Part shown: piece by piece, positions 13,686-28,091 of the stretch
Numbering within the stretch: the stretch's first letter is position 1
Layout: every line of letters begins with the position of its first letter
DNA from: Eledone cirrhosa
Lineage: Eukaryota
DNA: 64,000 nt
Assembly (NCBI GenBank): GCA_964016885.1
Contig: OZ024741.1
Location: 350,424,001 to 350,488,000 of the forward strand
Direction of reading: 5' to 3'
Made by a program: the position numbers and the translations under genes
Notes under the pieces: model-generated
The model's input: the letters and a program-made list of their open reading frames with translations, nothing else
Databases searched by the model: none
What the model was told of the DNA's origin: nothing

Positions 13686-14989
13686 CAAAAAAAAAAATAT
13701 ATATACATATACACGCACACATATATACACACACACATACACCCATACGCATACGGGTGGGGGGACAGACAGGCAGAGAGACAGACAGGCAGGCATAAAT
13801 ATATACATCTGTTATTTAATGATGGTATGCAATGTCAATCAAGCTCAACAAAACAGGAACTCTTAGAATTCCATTCCACCAACCATCAACATTCACAAAA
13901 GTTATTTCAAAAAGCAATGCACCAGACTTACAAAGCAACCATAAGTTGCTTGCCTGTTGAAAACAGGAATAGGTTAGCCACATTGAGCAGTGGTATCAAA
14001 GACAACCAACCAGATCAATCTATATTAGTACAAGATTGAGATACCATTCTACTTGTTACCTAAGTATTGTCTAGCTCTTTGATTGCTCTATGTCTCAGCT
14101 GTAAAAATTGTAAAGTAATCTATGGAATCCATCAATAATGATTACAAGATACCTACCAATTGCTTGCTGGAGTGCTGTTGTGTAAGCATAAGTTTAACAT
14201 AGGGAAGTGGACAGGCTGCTAAAGTTTCCGTCATGACATGCAGTCAAAATCAGAATGAGGGCTGCTGCTTGAATGCTAGACATAAACAGGTCAAAACTGA
14301 CTAAGGACTCTGCTCCTTGACTAAGACTGGAAACTGAAGTGACTCCCACTCCTACAAAATTGAACTGGACCAAAACTGGAAACTGAAGTAACTTCCTACC
14401 CTACAAGCTTGACAAAAGAATCTGGACCCAGCCATAGACAGGAGTAACTATCCATCTTGCAAAAACTCAAACATTAACTTCAGTAAAAAAAAAACTAAAA
14501 CAACTTACTACTCTGAAAGACTGACTAAAGATTGACTTCTTCCTGGGATTGTATACCAGTATTACTTGCCACCTTGCAAAACTGACCAAGGGCTCTGATT
14601 TCAATTTGGGACTGTATACTTGTACTACAAACCACCCTACAAAACTGACCAAGCACTATCTTTAGGTTGAGAGTGGGAACTGAAGTTTCTTCCACTCTGC
14701 ACATTAAAACATTCAGTAACTACTATTCAGTATCTATTTACAGCTAACTGGACTCGGCTTACAAAAATAGACAGAATACAGAGTTGGCAATAGTTGTCTG
14801 CTAATTCTTCTAAAGATATGAACTCTTAATACTTTAGTCAGTAGTCCCATGTGTAATTCACTGGTTTAAAATATACAGTACATCTCATCTAACTTAATAC
14901 ATATCAGATCTAAGCACAAAACACAGGGTATCTGAAACAACAGTAACACAATAACCTGGTACCTTCAGAATCTACCTACTAAACAGGAA

Positions 14990-15950
14990 TAACAATAGAA
15001 ATAAAGTGTGGTTAATACGAAGCATTGTGAGATATGTGGTAAAGACCAATAATTTCTTTTTAAAGCTGGTAGAATGCGATAGAAAAATACGAAGGGCAAA
15101 TGATAACAAATGAAAAAACAAAAAAAGTAATGTTTGACCCAGTGTATTTTAGCATGATATTTCAGGGCTATAATCCCCTTTTCAGATGCAAAGCTGAAAC
15201 AGTCCAAGATAAAACAAAATGAGTGATGGGAGTTTTCTTCCCTAACTGGTCTGTTTGCAAAATGCATGTGCAGGATTACTACAGTAACCATCTGCCTTGT
15301 GCATTTCTGACCTATTATTTATCTCTGGTTTTATTTGGTTGATGAAAATGGCCTCTTTAATCTTTGAATTTGAGTTTTGTTGGCTACCTACTTTATCTGC
15401 TGTACAGTAGAAATCTTACATTTCAGTCTTTCTCTTATATTCTACTTGGACTTATATATCAATCTCTTTTGATATATTTATGTAATAAATGACCGATAAG
15501 TTTCAGAAAGCCAGTACAATCTGGTAGAAATATATAAAAGGGCAAAGGATGACAAATAAAACAAAACAAAGTAAAGTTTTACCCAGTATATTTCAATATG
15601 ATATTTCAGGATTAAAACCCTCTTTTCAAATGTGAAACGAAAACTGTTCAAAACAAAAACGAACAATCAATGTGTTTTTCCCTAACTGGTTTGTGTATCA
15701 AAAATTTAGGCACTTATTTTAGACTCGCAGACCAGTTAAGGAAGAACACATAGATTGTTCGTATTTGTTTTGAACAGTTTTCATTTCATATTTGAGAAGA
15801 GGGAAATAACCTTGAAATATCCTGTTGAAATATACTGGGTAAAATATTACTTTTTGTTTTAATTGTCATCCTTTGCCCTTTATATACTTCTACCACATTG
15901 TACCAGCTTTCTGAAACTTAGTTGTTTATTACATATATCACAATGCTTTG
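14990..15950 (-). mobile_element. Penelope-like element remnant: GIY-YIG C-terminus plus three pseudo-LTR copies, two of them inverted
   Basis: Minus strand ~15320-15370 encodes SKIKEAIFINQIKPEI (cf. KIKEAIxI..KPxLN of PLE GIY-YIG). Repeats lie at 14990-15255, 15470-15690 and inverted at 15730-15945, each with a decayed hammerhead core. Confidence 0.7.
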
Positions 15951-15957
15951 TATTAAT

Positions 15958-15997
<40 letters not shown>

Positions 15998-16864
15998 CAC
16001 ATATACAGACAGACAACAAGAATGTCAACCTAGTCCAATTTGTAAGGAATTTGTCTATGAGCAATAAAGCTGGTTTAGCAAACATGGGTCAAATTTCCTG
16101 ACCTTTCTGATTCCAGTATTGAAAACAGTCGACGAATACCATCAAATTATTATCGAGATTTTGTTTGTTTCTGTGAATCATTCCCTAAAACCCATGTGAG
16201 CCAAAAGTCAGCACCAAACTGTTCACCAAAAGGTCAAAGATTTTTTTTATTCTTACAAATCAAATCCATAGTCAATTTTTAATTCCTACTTGGAATCACT
16301 CAGCAGAGAAAATAAGCATTGGTTGAATCACAATCAATCTACTAGATATTACAGATAAATCTCCCTGGCATCACACTCCGAGTTAAAAATAGGAAGGTTA
16401 TGTTTGATAATGTAGTTCTAGATACATTTTGAATTAAAAAATAAATAAAATAAAAAGGAATCACCATGGTTAGAATGTCTGATGACAGGCCTGATCTATC
16501 AGTGCTGACCTGGAGCTAAACAACAACTGTATGTGAACACAACCTTGATGACATACACATTGTGTATGTTTCAATTAACTCTTTCAATACAAAACTACCT
16601 GAAACTGACCCTGGTTCTATGACACAAAACTGAATCTTTATGTTCAAAACACTAGCTTAATAAGGAAAAGGCTAATTATATTAAATCTCACCAAATTCTT
16701 GATTATTTTCAAAATAATTTGAAAATCTTAAGTGATGTCTGTCTTTCATTAGTAATATGGTAACAAAACAGCTAATGCTGAAAATATTAAAGAATTTAGA
16801 GAGATTTAATAAATTTAGTAAAATAATTATCATTATGAAGCTGTTGTTTGAAATATTGTGTCTA

Positions 16865-17065
16865 CATTTGGCACTAGACCAGCAATTTGAATGAAGGGGA
16901 AAGTTGATTAAAGCAACCCCAGTGCCTTACTGGTACTTTATTTTGTCGACCCCATAAGGATGAACGGTAAAGCTAACCTCGGCGAGATTTGGACTCAGAA
17001 TGTAAAGGGCCTTAACTATGCCGGAAAGCATGTTGTCTGACACTCTACTGATACTGCCAATCTAC
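16865..17065 (-). mobile_element. SINE (346-722 family)
   Basis: GGTACTTTATTTTGTCGACCC..AAGGATGAA..GATACTGCCAATC. Confidence 0.75.
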
Positions 17066-18005
17066 TGTTTGAAATATAAAAGGTCAACTATAGAAAGAAA
17101 TTAAAGACATAAACAATTATAAACAAAACATATTCATCAAAAAACTGATTGGTAAATATGTATTTTACCTAACTGGCTCATTACTTTATCTACTTCAGAA
17201 GGAGGAAAGACAAAGTTGACCTTAAAACATACATGGGCAGAAGTAAATGCCAATGCTTGAACAATTGTGCCCATCTACAACACTATTTAGTATTATTAAA
17301 TTTGTTGTTGTTGTTTAAGAAGTTGATCAAGAGGAGAGACAGTGTTCACAGACCTTTTAAAAGAACAGGTGAGATCGATATGCTTGGCATTTAATTTAGT
17401 TTTGAACTTCTGAGGGTCAGTATCTACAGATGGAAATGTGGTAAAGTTAAGAAATGATAAAAGAAATGATTAGACAATATGTTTTCTGTTAGATCTAGAT
17501 CAAAGAGTAAATTTGAATGTTGTTAAAAGGTTTGGTGAAAGTATCACATAAGATATTAACTTCAAAGTTCAAGTAACAGAACCCATTGTAGTCATCATTT
17601 GACGGCTACTTTCCTTGCATAAGTGAGATGAGCTTTCACGTTATGAGGCTAGACAGGTCAAGTGACCACAACTTGCTCATACATTCCAATTGTGGTTTAG
17701 TCTTCTACATCAGGATGCTCTTCTTAATGCCAAATCATTGAATATATAAATAACTAAATCAACGAATTTGTAAAATATAAAGTATTTACTAAATAAAAAA
17801 CGCAGAGAAGAAGAAACATCAAGTCTTCTTTTTGATGGCTAGAATGTTTATACAGCAACAACACCATCTTACATGTGTAAACAATACTCTAACATATGAG
17901 CTCATTACTTCTGCTCTATCTATAAAACTTCAACTAAACACCCTTCATGTCATCCAATTTAATATCTATATATAAATTTGAGTGACTTCTGTCCATCACA
18001 CAATG

Positions 18006-18110
18006 ATTGAGGAAGGGGTGATGACATCACGCACTAGAGATAGTTGAGGAAGGAAGGGGTGATGATGTCACGCACTAGAGATGACTGAGGAAAGAAGGGG
18101 TGATGACAAG
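18006..18110 (+). repeat. Short tandem repeat, ~35-bp unit x3
   Basis: TGAGGAAGGGGTGATGA.RTCACGCACTAGAGAT repeated. Confidence 0.75.
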
Positions 18111-18489
18111 CTACAGCAAACAGGTCTAACATGTATGTCTGTGAGTGTGTATTTTTGTGAGTCTGTGTTTGCATATACACATCAGCATGTCGAAAAAAAA
18201 TTCTAGTACCAGTAAATGGGCCAATAAAGAAGCTGCTAGAAACAGCAGCCAAACCTCCTTCAAAATACACCCATCCATCTTAAAAGAGAGCTCACTGGAA
18301 AAAGTGGTCCTGGGGTTCCATAACATAAGAGGAAAGGATGGCCACAGTCGGATTGCCTTTGTCATTGGGCTTCTCAAATAAGAGTTAAAGAAAAACAGAG
18401 CTGACCTGGGGATGAGTAACTGACACAAACCACAATATCCAGTCATGATATTTATTCACTACTTAATCTAAACACACATCCTCCTACTT

Positions 18490-20610
18490 CTTCACCTATT
18501 TATTCATTGGAAGTTTGTTGGGGCAGAGTCCTGAAACACACCTTCCAGTAGGTCCTGTCAGTAGCAACCATCTCCAATTGATCTGGCTGGATCGCCTAGA
18601 GAGACCAGCCGACCTCATAGATGTTATCCAATCATCTTGCTCGAGGTCTACCTCTGTCTAGTGATTCTTTCCTGAGATATTCTTATCACATGTCCATAAT
18701 ATTAGAGTGGTGATTCCTCGATTCAGAGAAGTAACAACTCAACCTGGAGCGACTCTCTGATATCTAAGCTATGCACTCTATTGTGTAACATTACTTCAAA
18801 GACCCTTTAGAGGAACTCTATTTTGGCTGCTTGTATAACGATTGTATCCTTTCAGTCATTACCTAAAATTCATGACCATAGGTAAAGATTGACACACATA
18901 CCAAATTGAAGATAGCGAGTTTGGCTTTTCACCTACCTCACTTCTGATGTATGAATGCTGAAGCTGGTGCATTGCACGAACTCCTGCAATTCATACACTT
19001 GATTCAGCTTCCTGCCTTCCATCACTTGTGAACACAACCCCAAGATACTTGAACTTCACCTGCTTCAGTAGATGTCCACTTACATGTAGAATGCACTGAA
19101 AAAGCTTCTTTGGGAGGATGAGTTTCTCGTCATCGCAACACTGATTTTCATTCTAGCTGTGCAGCCTTTGGCATCAAACCTATCAAGTGCATGTCAGCGA
19201 TCATGTTCTGATGAGTTAAGTAATTCCAACTGACTGATTCTACATTCACCAGTTGTGATACTACTTTCAATATGGCTGCGCATGTCAATCCTGTTCATGA
19301 AGATTATGAACAGGAGAGGTGTCAATATGCACTCTTGGTGGAGTCAGATACCCACATTGAATGGCTTTGACTAAGAACCATTTATCCAAACACAAATACT
19401 AGGGCATTCAAATAGAGATATCAGAGCAACAAGAAGCTGTCCATCGATCCCATACTCCTGCAGAACCTTCCACAAGAGCTTCCGTGGAACATAGTCATAT
19501 GCCTTTCCAATGACAACAAAACAAGAATACACTTCTTGGCAGTACACCCACAATTTCTCAAAGACCTACCTCAGTGTGAATATTTAGTCGGTTGTAGTGC
19601 ATCCAGGGTGAAAACCACACAACGTCTTTTAACATCTCAGGCCGAATTATATCCACCCCACAGGCCCTGCCACATTTGAGCTCTTTAATTGCTCACATGA
19701 CTTCAGCCTCTGAGAGGTTAGCCATTGCTCTCAGATGCCCCTCATGAAAATCAGAAGATGCTGTTGTGACTGGGTTTAGAAGATCAGCAAAGTACTCTCT
19801 CCAAAGTACTCTTTTCAGAGAGGTGTCTCCTCATGAGGAGACACCTCTCTGAAAAGATGAGAACCCCAAACACATTCCAGATTGCAGGCGTGGAGGAGGA
19901 CTTATTATTATAATGTCAGCAGGTGATCTGTCAGAACAATTAACCCCAAAGTCGTCCCATGTCTTAACTTTGGAGGTCTTTACTGTGACCTTTTGCACCT
20001 GCTTGTACCACAAGTGCAAGAAGGAGGATTTATTCCGAAGCCAAGCTTTGTAAGCCTCTTTCTTTACAGATGGCATCTTTGACCACATGACTGAACCAAG
20101 GGGTCCTCCTGCCACTTGCTGCCACACCAAGCCACTTTCACCCACAATATTTATTTCACAGGTGATGCAGAAACTGCTGAGCTGAACAGTCTCTAGTATG
20201 TTTCAACATCTTCAGTAGGCTCAGGGAGTTCTCTGAATTTGGATGCAATAGTATCCACAAACCTGTTTCCTTATCTGCCAGCTCTTCCCACTTTATCCTG
20301 TATGCCAAGCTGGACTTGTCAGTTTTGTGGGCTTCCTTAGATTTAGGTAGTCTCAAGTTGCAAATAACTAGATGGTGATCAGTTGACAGCTCAGCCCCTT
20401 TCTTAACACAAAAACCCAGCACAGAATCGTAGAGATTAGAAATAACAAAATTAATTATTGATCTCTGTTCTCAATTCCCCTTATACAATGTATATTTATG
20501 TCTTTGTACTGGAAGAAGGTATTCACAATAGAGAGCCCATTACTAGAAGTCCAGTAAGGCCTCTCTATGTTCCAGCTAATCACTCCTTTTCATGCCATTC
20601 ATAATACCCA
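18490..20610 (-). mobile_element. Degraded RTE-clade LINE (APE end, RT, C-terminus)
   Basis: GAELSTDHHLVICNL (APE SDH motif), KKEAYKAWL and CFVVIGKAYDYVPRKLLWKVLQEYGI (RT DxxKAYD), with many stops. Confidence 0.85.
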
Positions 20611-21707
20611 AATGCCCAGAATAGGTATTGGTGACAGGCTGGCTATAGTTAACTGTAATGGTGATAGCAATAGATGACAGAAAACAAAGTAATGACTTCA
20701 ATATCATAGATATATATACTCACAAACATGTACACAGACATTTTGAGGTGAACAGTTATATTCTAGATACACAGAAGTATTACTTAGCACACCCTTTATA
20801 TAAATATTACATAAGACATGTTAAAACAAATGTATACATGCACCACATACTGATATGCAAATCTATATATGGACACCTACGCATACACAAAAATGTACAC
20901 AAGATGCATTTTAAGTTTTTTTTTTGTTCTATGCTGATAAGAGTTGAACAAGTCTCACAATGCCTCAACACTGGCTGCAGTTCTTTGTCATTTATAGATA
21001 GCTGGACATTGGAGAAGTTATCACGTTCATCTATTTGACCACGCCTTTTTATGGACCAGCTTTTATAATTGGATACCATTTACATAATATATTATATGAG
21101 ATAATATTTGTTTCAACTCTCTGTGTTTTGAGTTCAAATCCAACCAAAATCAACTTTACCTTTCATCCATCCGAGATTACGGGTGTTCCAGTTGTTTAAA
21201 CAACAGAACAGCCTGCTCATGAAATTGAACATGCCACAGATGTGTACACTTAACGTAGTTTTCAGGGAGATTGAGCATGACAGTGTATGACAAGGCCAGC
21301 CTTTTAAATTACAGGTATATCTCATTTTTGCCAGCTGATTGAACTGGAGTAGGATGAAATAAAGTGTCTAGCTCAAAGACAACACGTTGCCGGGAATCAA
21401 ACACATCATCATCATCATTTAACGTCCGCTTTCCCTGCTACCAAGGGTTGGACGGGTCTACATAAACCAAGTTAGTACTGAAGCAAGGCTACTGACCTCC
21501 CAAATAGGCTGAGGGGCCTGTATCCTGCTTATGGATGGTTATATCAAATGCAGAGGAGAAGCCGCTATGTCTTTTGACACAAACTGAAGGGTTCTCCCAA
21601 CCCCTTATTTGGCAAGCTTTTAACAGCTGGATCATGAATCAAATACTTTATACACTAAGCCCTGCTCCTTCACTAAATGAATATATGCTAGTTAGAAAGG
21701 ACTATAG

Positions 21708-22062
21708 CTGGGGTCTCAAACATGCAGCCCATAAAGTACGTTTCTGTAATCTAAGGCAGAACAATTTCCATAACTAATATTTTCCTAAAACTTGGTAATT
21801 CGTCCCTCGTGTATGTCAGAGTATATGTATATACATGTATATGAGTTTTTAAAGAACATTTGAAACAGAAAATTTGTTCCTCTACATTTTGTACTAATTC
21901 ACATATCTCACTATCATATGCATATTCATTTTGATGAAAAATAAATAAATAAATAAATAGCAGCCTATCAACTGTATAACAGATTAGCATTATCACTAGT
22001 GGAAATCACCCCACCATCTTACTTTTGACCCACTGTAATGGCCCTTGAGTTTGAGAACCCTG
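21708..22062. mobile_element. hAT/Charlie-like MITE
   Basis: TIRs CTGGGGTCTCAAAC / GTTTGAGAACCCTG; 8-bp TSD GACTATAG / GATTATAG. Confidence 0.75.
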
Positions 22063-22199
22063 GATTATAGAGAGGTAATTTATTGACCTCTGCACTCTCG
22101 ACAGGAAACAATCATCAAAATGAACAGATCAGAGTATGATTGTAGTTACTTCAGAGCAGGAGGAACTGTATGAAACTTAAACATTTCATACCGTACATA

Positions 22200-22830
22200 T
22201 TCAGTCAACAAACATATCAGAATGCAACCAGACTTGCTGCAGAAATAGAAGCCAAATCTCTTGCAAATACCAAAGTAGGAAAAGACAAGTTAGATATGTG
22301 GTCCTGAGTTGCCTGCACATATGGTTACAGCTGTAATATCTTTGATAAGTTTTCTCAATCAGGACTGACCTTGGGCTAAACAACAACACATCACAAGCCA
22401 ATGAGAGAATGTCTATGTGACCACTAAATATGCTAGAAATAGCAGCCCAATCTCTTGTTATCTTTTAAAAAATGACCCCATCAGATGTGGTTTTAGGTAC
22501 CCTGCATATAAGAAATAACCCATTAGATAATGTGGTCTTAGGTACCCTGCATATAAGAAAATTATGGGATGGTCGCAGTATGCCTTTGATCACAGGCTTC
22601 CTCTATCAGGGTTGACCTTGGGCTAAACAACAACATATATCACAAGCCAACGAGATAACTTTTGTGGTTGCAAACCTGCTACAAATAGCAGCCAAATCCT
22701 CTTCATGTCACACATTTTACTGTCTTAAAAAACATTTTTAAAATAAAAAGGATTTGTTTGAAACTAAAAAATAGAATGCATAGATAAGTCAGCTTGATCA
22801 TGCTGACCTAAAACCAAACAACTACATATA
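22200..22830 (-). repeat. Three tandem diverged copies of a dispersed ~200-bp repeat (also at ~2670, 16460, 18230, 24480)
   Basis: Recurrent AGAAATAGCAGCCAAAT...GACCTTGGGCTAAACAACAAC. Confidence 0.7.
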
Positions 22831-24210
22831 TCATCCATCATCTTGTAATCTTGAAATACTTTTTTAGGGCTGTAAGGGTACTAATGAAAATCATGGAATG
22901 ATTCAGAGGAAATGTTTTCTCAAAGTTCTACAAGCCCACAACTTGAAAGGATTATAATGTTTCAAGAAGATAGTGTACCCTATAAATTTATTCTCAGGGT
23001 TTGGCAGTTTCTGAATGAAAAATTCCCTAAAAGATAGATTGATTGGAATAGGTGGTCTTTTCTTGCAAATTTGGATAACTAACGTGTTTGGTAGTATAAT
23101 TGAAAATTAGCTGTGTGTATGTGTATGAGTGTGTGTGTATGTATGTGTGAGGGTAAGTGTATGTATGTGTGAGGGTAAGTGTATGTATGTGTGTGCATTA
23201 TGACAGTTGAACATGTTGAAAATTAACAATCCTATGAATAAATTTTTTTTTTTTAATGTAATAAGTTCTTTAACTTATCCTTTTTACGTTTTAATTCTAC
23301 CACATATAGAAGTAGTTATACAAATTTAAAATTGCACACGGATTTTTTAATGTACTGTGTACTTGTTTAACCAATTCTGGACGAATGAAAGGCCAAATTG
23401 TCCCTTATCTTCGGCAAGTTTAACCCTTTTGAGACCATATTCCTAGTGAAAGACATTACCTATAATTTTTCAAATAATCAAGAATTTAGAAAGATTTAGT
23501 AACATAATTAATTTTCTAATTATTTGGCTGATGTTTGAAATATAACTTAACACGGGTTCTAACATCAAATTACGATGAAAAGGATTTTAGATAGATATTT
23601 TAAAATAAACAGCTTTGTATCATAAAATCAGGGGAGGTTCCATGTGGCTGGTATCAAAAATATTTCAAGCAAGTTATCTTTAGACTTAAATACCCTTCTC
23701 AACACAAACTGTACAGCTTTGAACTGTTTAACAATGAAAGGAACATGAGGACACATTGCCTATTTTTTGTCTGGGATAATATACATACTATATTCTGAGT
23801 TGTTATTGCTACTTTGGGTGAGGAATACAATAAAACATTTGCATATTTGATTGATAAAAGGTGTTGAATAAGAGGTAATCAAGACCATAGCCTTATGAGT
23901 TCCTCTTGTCAGTGAAAGATTAGGTGATGTTAGTTTATTTGAAAGGTTAAAACATCTGTAGTAAATCGAAGAAGGGAAGCTGAGAGCAGACTGCTTTTAT
24001 ATCATTATATAAGAGAGAGATTGAAAACTGATAGAGGAAAGAGATGCATGAAAGTTGAGATGGATCGGTGACGTAAAAGATAAGGGATCAGAATGGATGA
24101 GAGAGGAAATGGAAAGGAGAGAGAAAGGTGGGTCAGACAGATGACAGATACAAAAATAGACCAGTAAAATAAAACAAGTAGACAGGCACGAAGAAATAGC
24201 AGGCATGGAA

Positions 24211-24212
<2 letters not shown>

Positions 24213-24254
<42 letters not shown>

Positions 24255-24435
24255 GTGTGTGGTGTGTGGTGTGTGGTGTGTGGTGTGTGTGTGTGTGTGT
24301 GGTGTGTGTGGTGTGTGTGTAGTGTGTGTGTGTGGTGTGTGGTGTGGTGTGTGGTGTGTGGTGTGGTGTGTGGTGTGTGGTGTGTGGTATGTGGTGTGTG
24401 GTGTGTGTGTGTGTGTGTGCGTGTGTGCGTGCGTA
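24213..24435 (+). repeat. (GT)n/(GTGTG)n compound microsatellite
   Basis: Direct reading of the sequence. Confidence 0.95.
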
Positions 24436-25324
24436 TATATAGGGAGAATAGAGTTGAAGCAAGATAAACACCAGAATTGGTGTTGTTTAGCCCCAGATCG
24501 GCCTTGACTGAGCAGACTTCTGCTAAAAGGCATTCCAGCTATGACCACTCCATCTTTTTTTATATAACAGGGGCATTTTAGGGTTTTTTAAGAGTAGTGT
24601 AATTTGGGGAGTATTGGCTGGTGTTTCTAGCAAGGCGATCAACCACGCAATGGCTCCCTAGTTAGCTCAGTATAGTATATAGAGCGAACAACTACATCCT
24701 ACAAACTAATATATACAATGGCTCTTTATTTGAAATCCTTAAGACACGGATGTGTGAGTGAGTGAATGTTTGCGTGTGTGTTAAAGTGCGATGCGAGGTT
24801 CTAATCACGTCAGTGACACGAGCTGTTAGGGTCACGAAGTACAATGTGTGACAAGCAAACCCCTCGCAGACATTATTTAAACAATAGCAGCCTTCAAACA
24901 GAACAATAAAACAAGTCATTACTATTGCACATCAGAGCGTGGATTAAGGAGCATATGGCTAGGTGGCGACGGGTGGTGATGGTGATGATAATGATGATGG
25001 AAGAGTGAATTGTATAACTTCTTCAAGAACAATGGATCGATTCCACTACACATTATATAAATAAAACAAGCTATACTACACCAACCCTACACACATACAT
25101 GTTCACTTATTACAAGTATTACATATATACTACTATAACAAGACTGCTGCATGTGTACTTTGTCTATGCCGCTGGATGTAAGATTGTGTATGTGTGTGCG
25201 TGCGCGTATGTATGTGTGTGTACGTGTGACTGACAGTCACGATTAAATATGAATCATTAGTAATATTTGAAGACAATGTTATGTGTGTGTACATACATAA
25301 ACACATTATAAGCGTATGTGTATG

Positions 25325-25359
<35 letters not shown>

Positions 25360-25636
25360 ATTACCGATGACGATCGGGAAATGACCACAATTTTTAAAAA
25401 AGTACTCAATGCGTTGGTAGAGCATAAGCATCTTTATTTTATATGGGAATCACTTCTCCGGGACTAGAACTTTTTCATTCATATGAAATCATTAGGAATT
25501 CCTGATGATTTCATATGAATGAAACAGTTCTAGTCCTGCAGAAGTCAATTCTATATAAACTATATATAGTTTTTAGCCTGTATAATGCATTGAGTTGTTT
25601 ATGATAGAAATAATTTTATTTTTATCTATTTTTATG

Positions 25637-25690
<54 letters not shown>

Positions 25691-25899
25691 ATGTGTATGC
25701 AGAGAGTGAGAATGTATTCACAGATATAGAATATGTAGGAGTTTGGTGTGTCAAAGAGAGGTGTGTATATATGTAATATACATGTATGCATGTGTTCGTT
25801 GTTTGCGGGTTGGTGTGTGACTTCACTGAAGAACACATACACAGAAACAAAAAACATTAATAACAGAATAACAAAAACAATGAAAAATAAAAGACTGAC

Positions 25900-25950
25900 C
25901 TTTCTTCTGAGAATCGTCGAAGCTGCCTTTATATTTGCTTTTTCCGTCAT
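25900..25950 (-). CDS. Candidate first coding exon of an unidentified host gene (MTEKANIKAASTILRRK)
   Basis: ATG in AAG-ATG context with an in-frame upstream TAA; 51 nt ending AAG|GTCAGT (strong phase-0 donor); unique, CpG-containing, TE-poor surroundings. Confidence 0.5.
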
Positions 25951-26161
25951 CTTGTCAAATATTTAAAAATCCGTGCAGAGACAGTCTAACAAGGCAAGCC
26001 GTAGCGAGGGACGACGGCAAGGCTTTTAGATGCAGATAGCTAATGAGCGCCAGGAATACACAGATGGGTTGGGGTTTAAACTTACTTCATACACTACACA
26101 CACACTCCCTCCCTCTTGCAGTCATTAGACTAATACACAGACACACACACACACTTAAAAG

Positions 26162-26301
<140 letters not shown>

Positions 26302-27929
26302 TTAAAGTTATATGTGTATGTGTGCGCACAACACGACGATTATGTAGGGAAAGGTACAAAAAACAAGTCCTATGCGTCTTTGGACATAAGACTGTTGTAA
26401 AAGTAAAATAAATGTGTATGTTTGTGTGTGTATGTATATGTGTGTGTGTGTGTATGTGTGTGTAGTGAAAATATTCTTAAGTGTAAATGAGTGAGTGGTG
26501 AGTGAGAGACAAGTTCCACTTGTATTGTATCCAATATGCGAGGCTGGTTTGTCAAAAGTCCTCGATGGAAAGATGAATACACGTAGTGGGGGAGTGAGAT
26601 AGAGAAGCAGATTAGTGTGCGTGTGTGTGTGCAATATAGCTCTCGGTGTGTGTGTCACTGTGTACATATACATGTGAGAGAGTAGAGAGAGGGATTTAGA
26701 GAAGTCCTCAGCTATATTTACAGATAAATATTAACTTCGGTGCTTTGTTTTTTATACATATATATATACCTACATATTTACATAGATAAGAGTTTGTTTT
26801 AAGAGAATTATGGTTTATGATGTAGATTTAATGGAAGGGGGGATGAATACATATTTTATATATATATATACACACACACACATAAGGGGTATGGCTGCGT
26901 CGTCCTCCTGTTTGGAGTTTTCTAGCACGACCCTAACCAAAATGTCTTGAAACACTACGAGACTCTCAGCAGCCAGAGACTATCGTGTCCCAGCTTGCAA
27001 CAGCCATTCTCTTCCTCTTTTCCACCACCCTCATATTCACATACACAAATTCACCATTCTTTCCTCTCAATTACCAGTTTGGGGTGGAGGTTCTTTCCGT
27101 TTAGATGAAAAGTTTCAAAATGTTTTTTTCTCTTAATTTCATCGTTTTCGATTTTTAGACAAAATTTTTTTTTGTGTCATATTTTATCGTTCCTCTCACT
27201 CTTTAAACATATCACCCTTCTCATTTTTTTTTATCGTTTTTTTCTTTTTTCTCACTTCGCCGTCAGCGCGCGCGCGTGTATTTGCGTACAGAAAGAGAGA
27301 GAAAATAAGAAGAAAGTACGAGAGAGTGAAAGTAGAAACGGAAAGAGGCAGAAAAAAAAGGCAAAAACAAAGCTGAAGTAAGAAAGAGAGAGAGGGAGAG
27401 GGGTTTCATCTTTCCATCTATAATTTCACTATCATTCCTCTTTCTTCTAACTTATTTACCACCTCCACACCTCCAGTTAACCTATCAGTTAACTCATTTT
27501 TATCTTCACCTCTACAGATGATCTCTCCCCCCCCCCCCCCCCACCCAGTCCTTTCCTATGCAGTTGATCCATTCAAATTGTTAGCCATCCAGCAAACCGA
27601 CCAACCATCAAGCTATCAATTTTCATATTTTTATCTTCACTAAGATAAAGAACTTTTACTCACACGGCCATTCCTCACTAGATTTTGCTATTGTTGTTTG
27701 GATTGTTACACACGCACATATATATATATATAATTATCTTAATATCGATGTTAGTTGATTGCCAGTGTTGTATTTTATCACTGCAATCACGTAGACCGGT
27801 ACCCAACGAAGCATTTAGTATATACGTATAAATATATATTAGTAAATATGAAGAGACGGTTCTACTTTGCCATACTTCAATTTAATAAATTCCAGTATGG
27901 CAAAGTCGAACGGTGTCTTCATATTTACA

Positions 27930-27960
<31 letters not shown>

Positions 27961-28059
27961 TAGTAAATTCAAAAACGAAATATATATATTTATATATAGT
28001 AATAATAATAAATGCGAAGGGTGAAAGCAGCGATTCTTTGCTTAAACTTTAATCTGTTA

Positions 28060-28091
<32 letters not shown>

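Noticed and set aside
20807-21079. 90-aa minus-strand ORF as a host exon
   Set aside because: No convincing splice signals or recognisable homology, and it lies between repeats.
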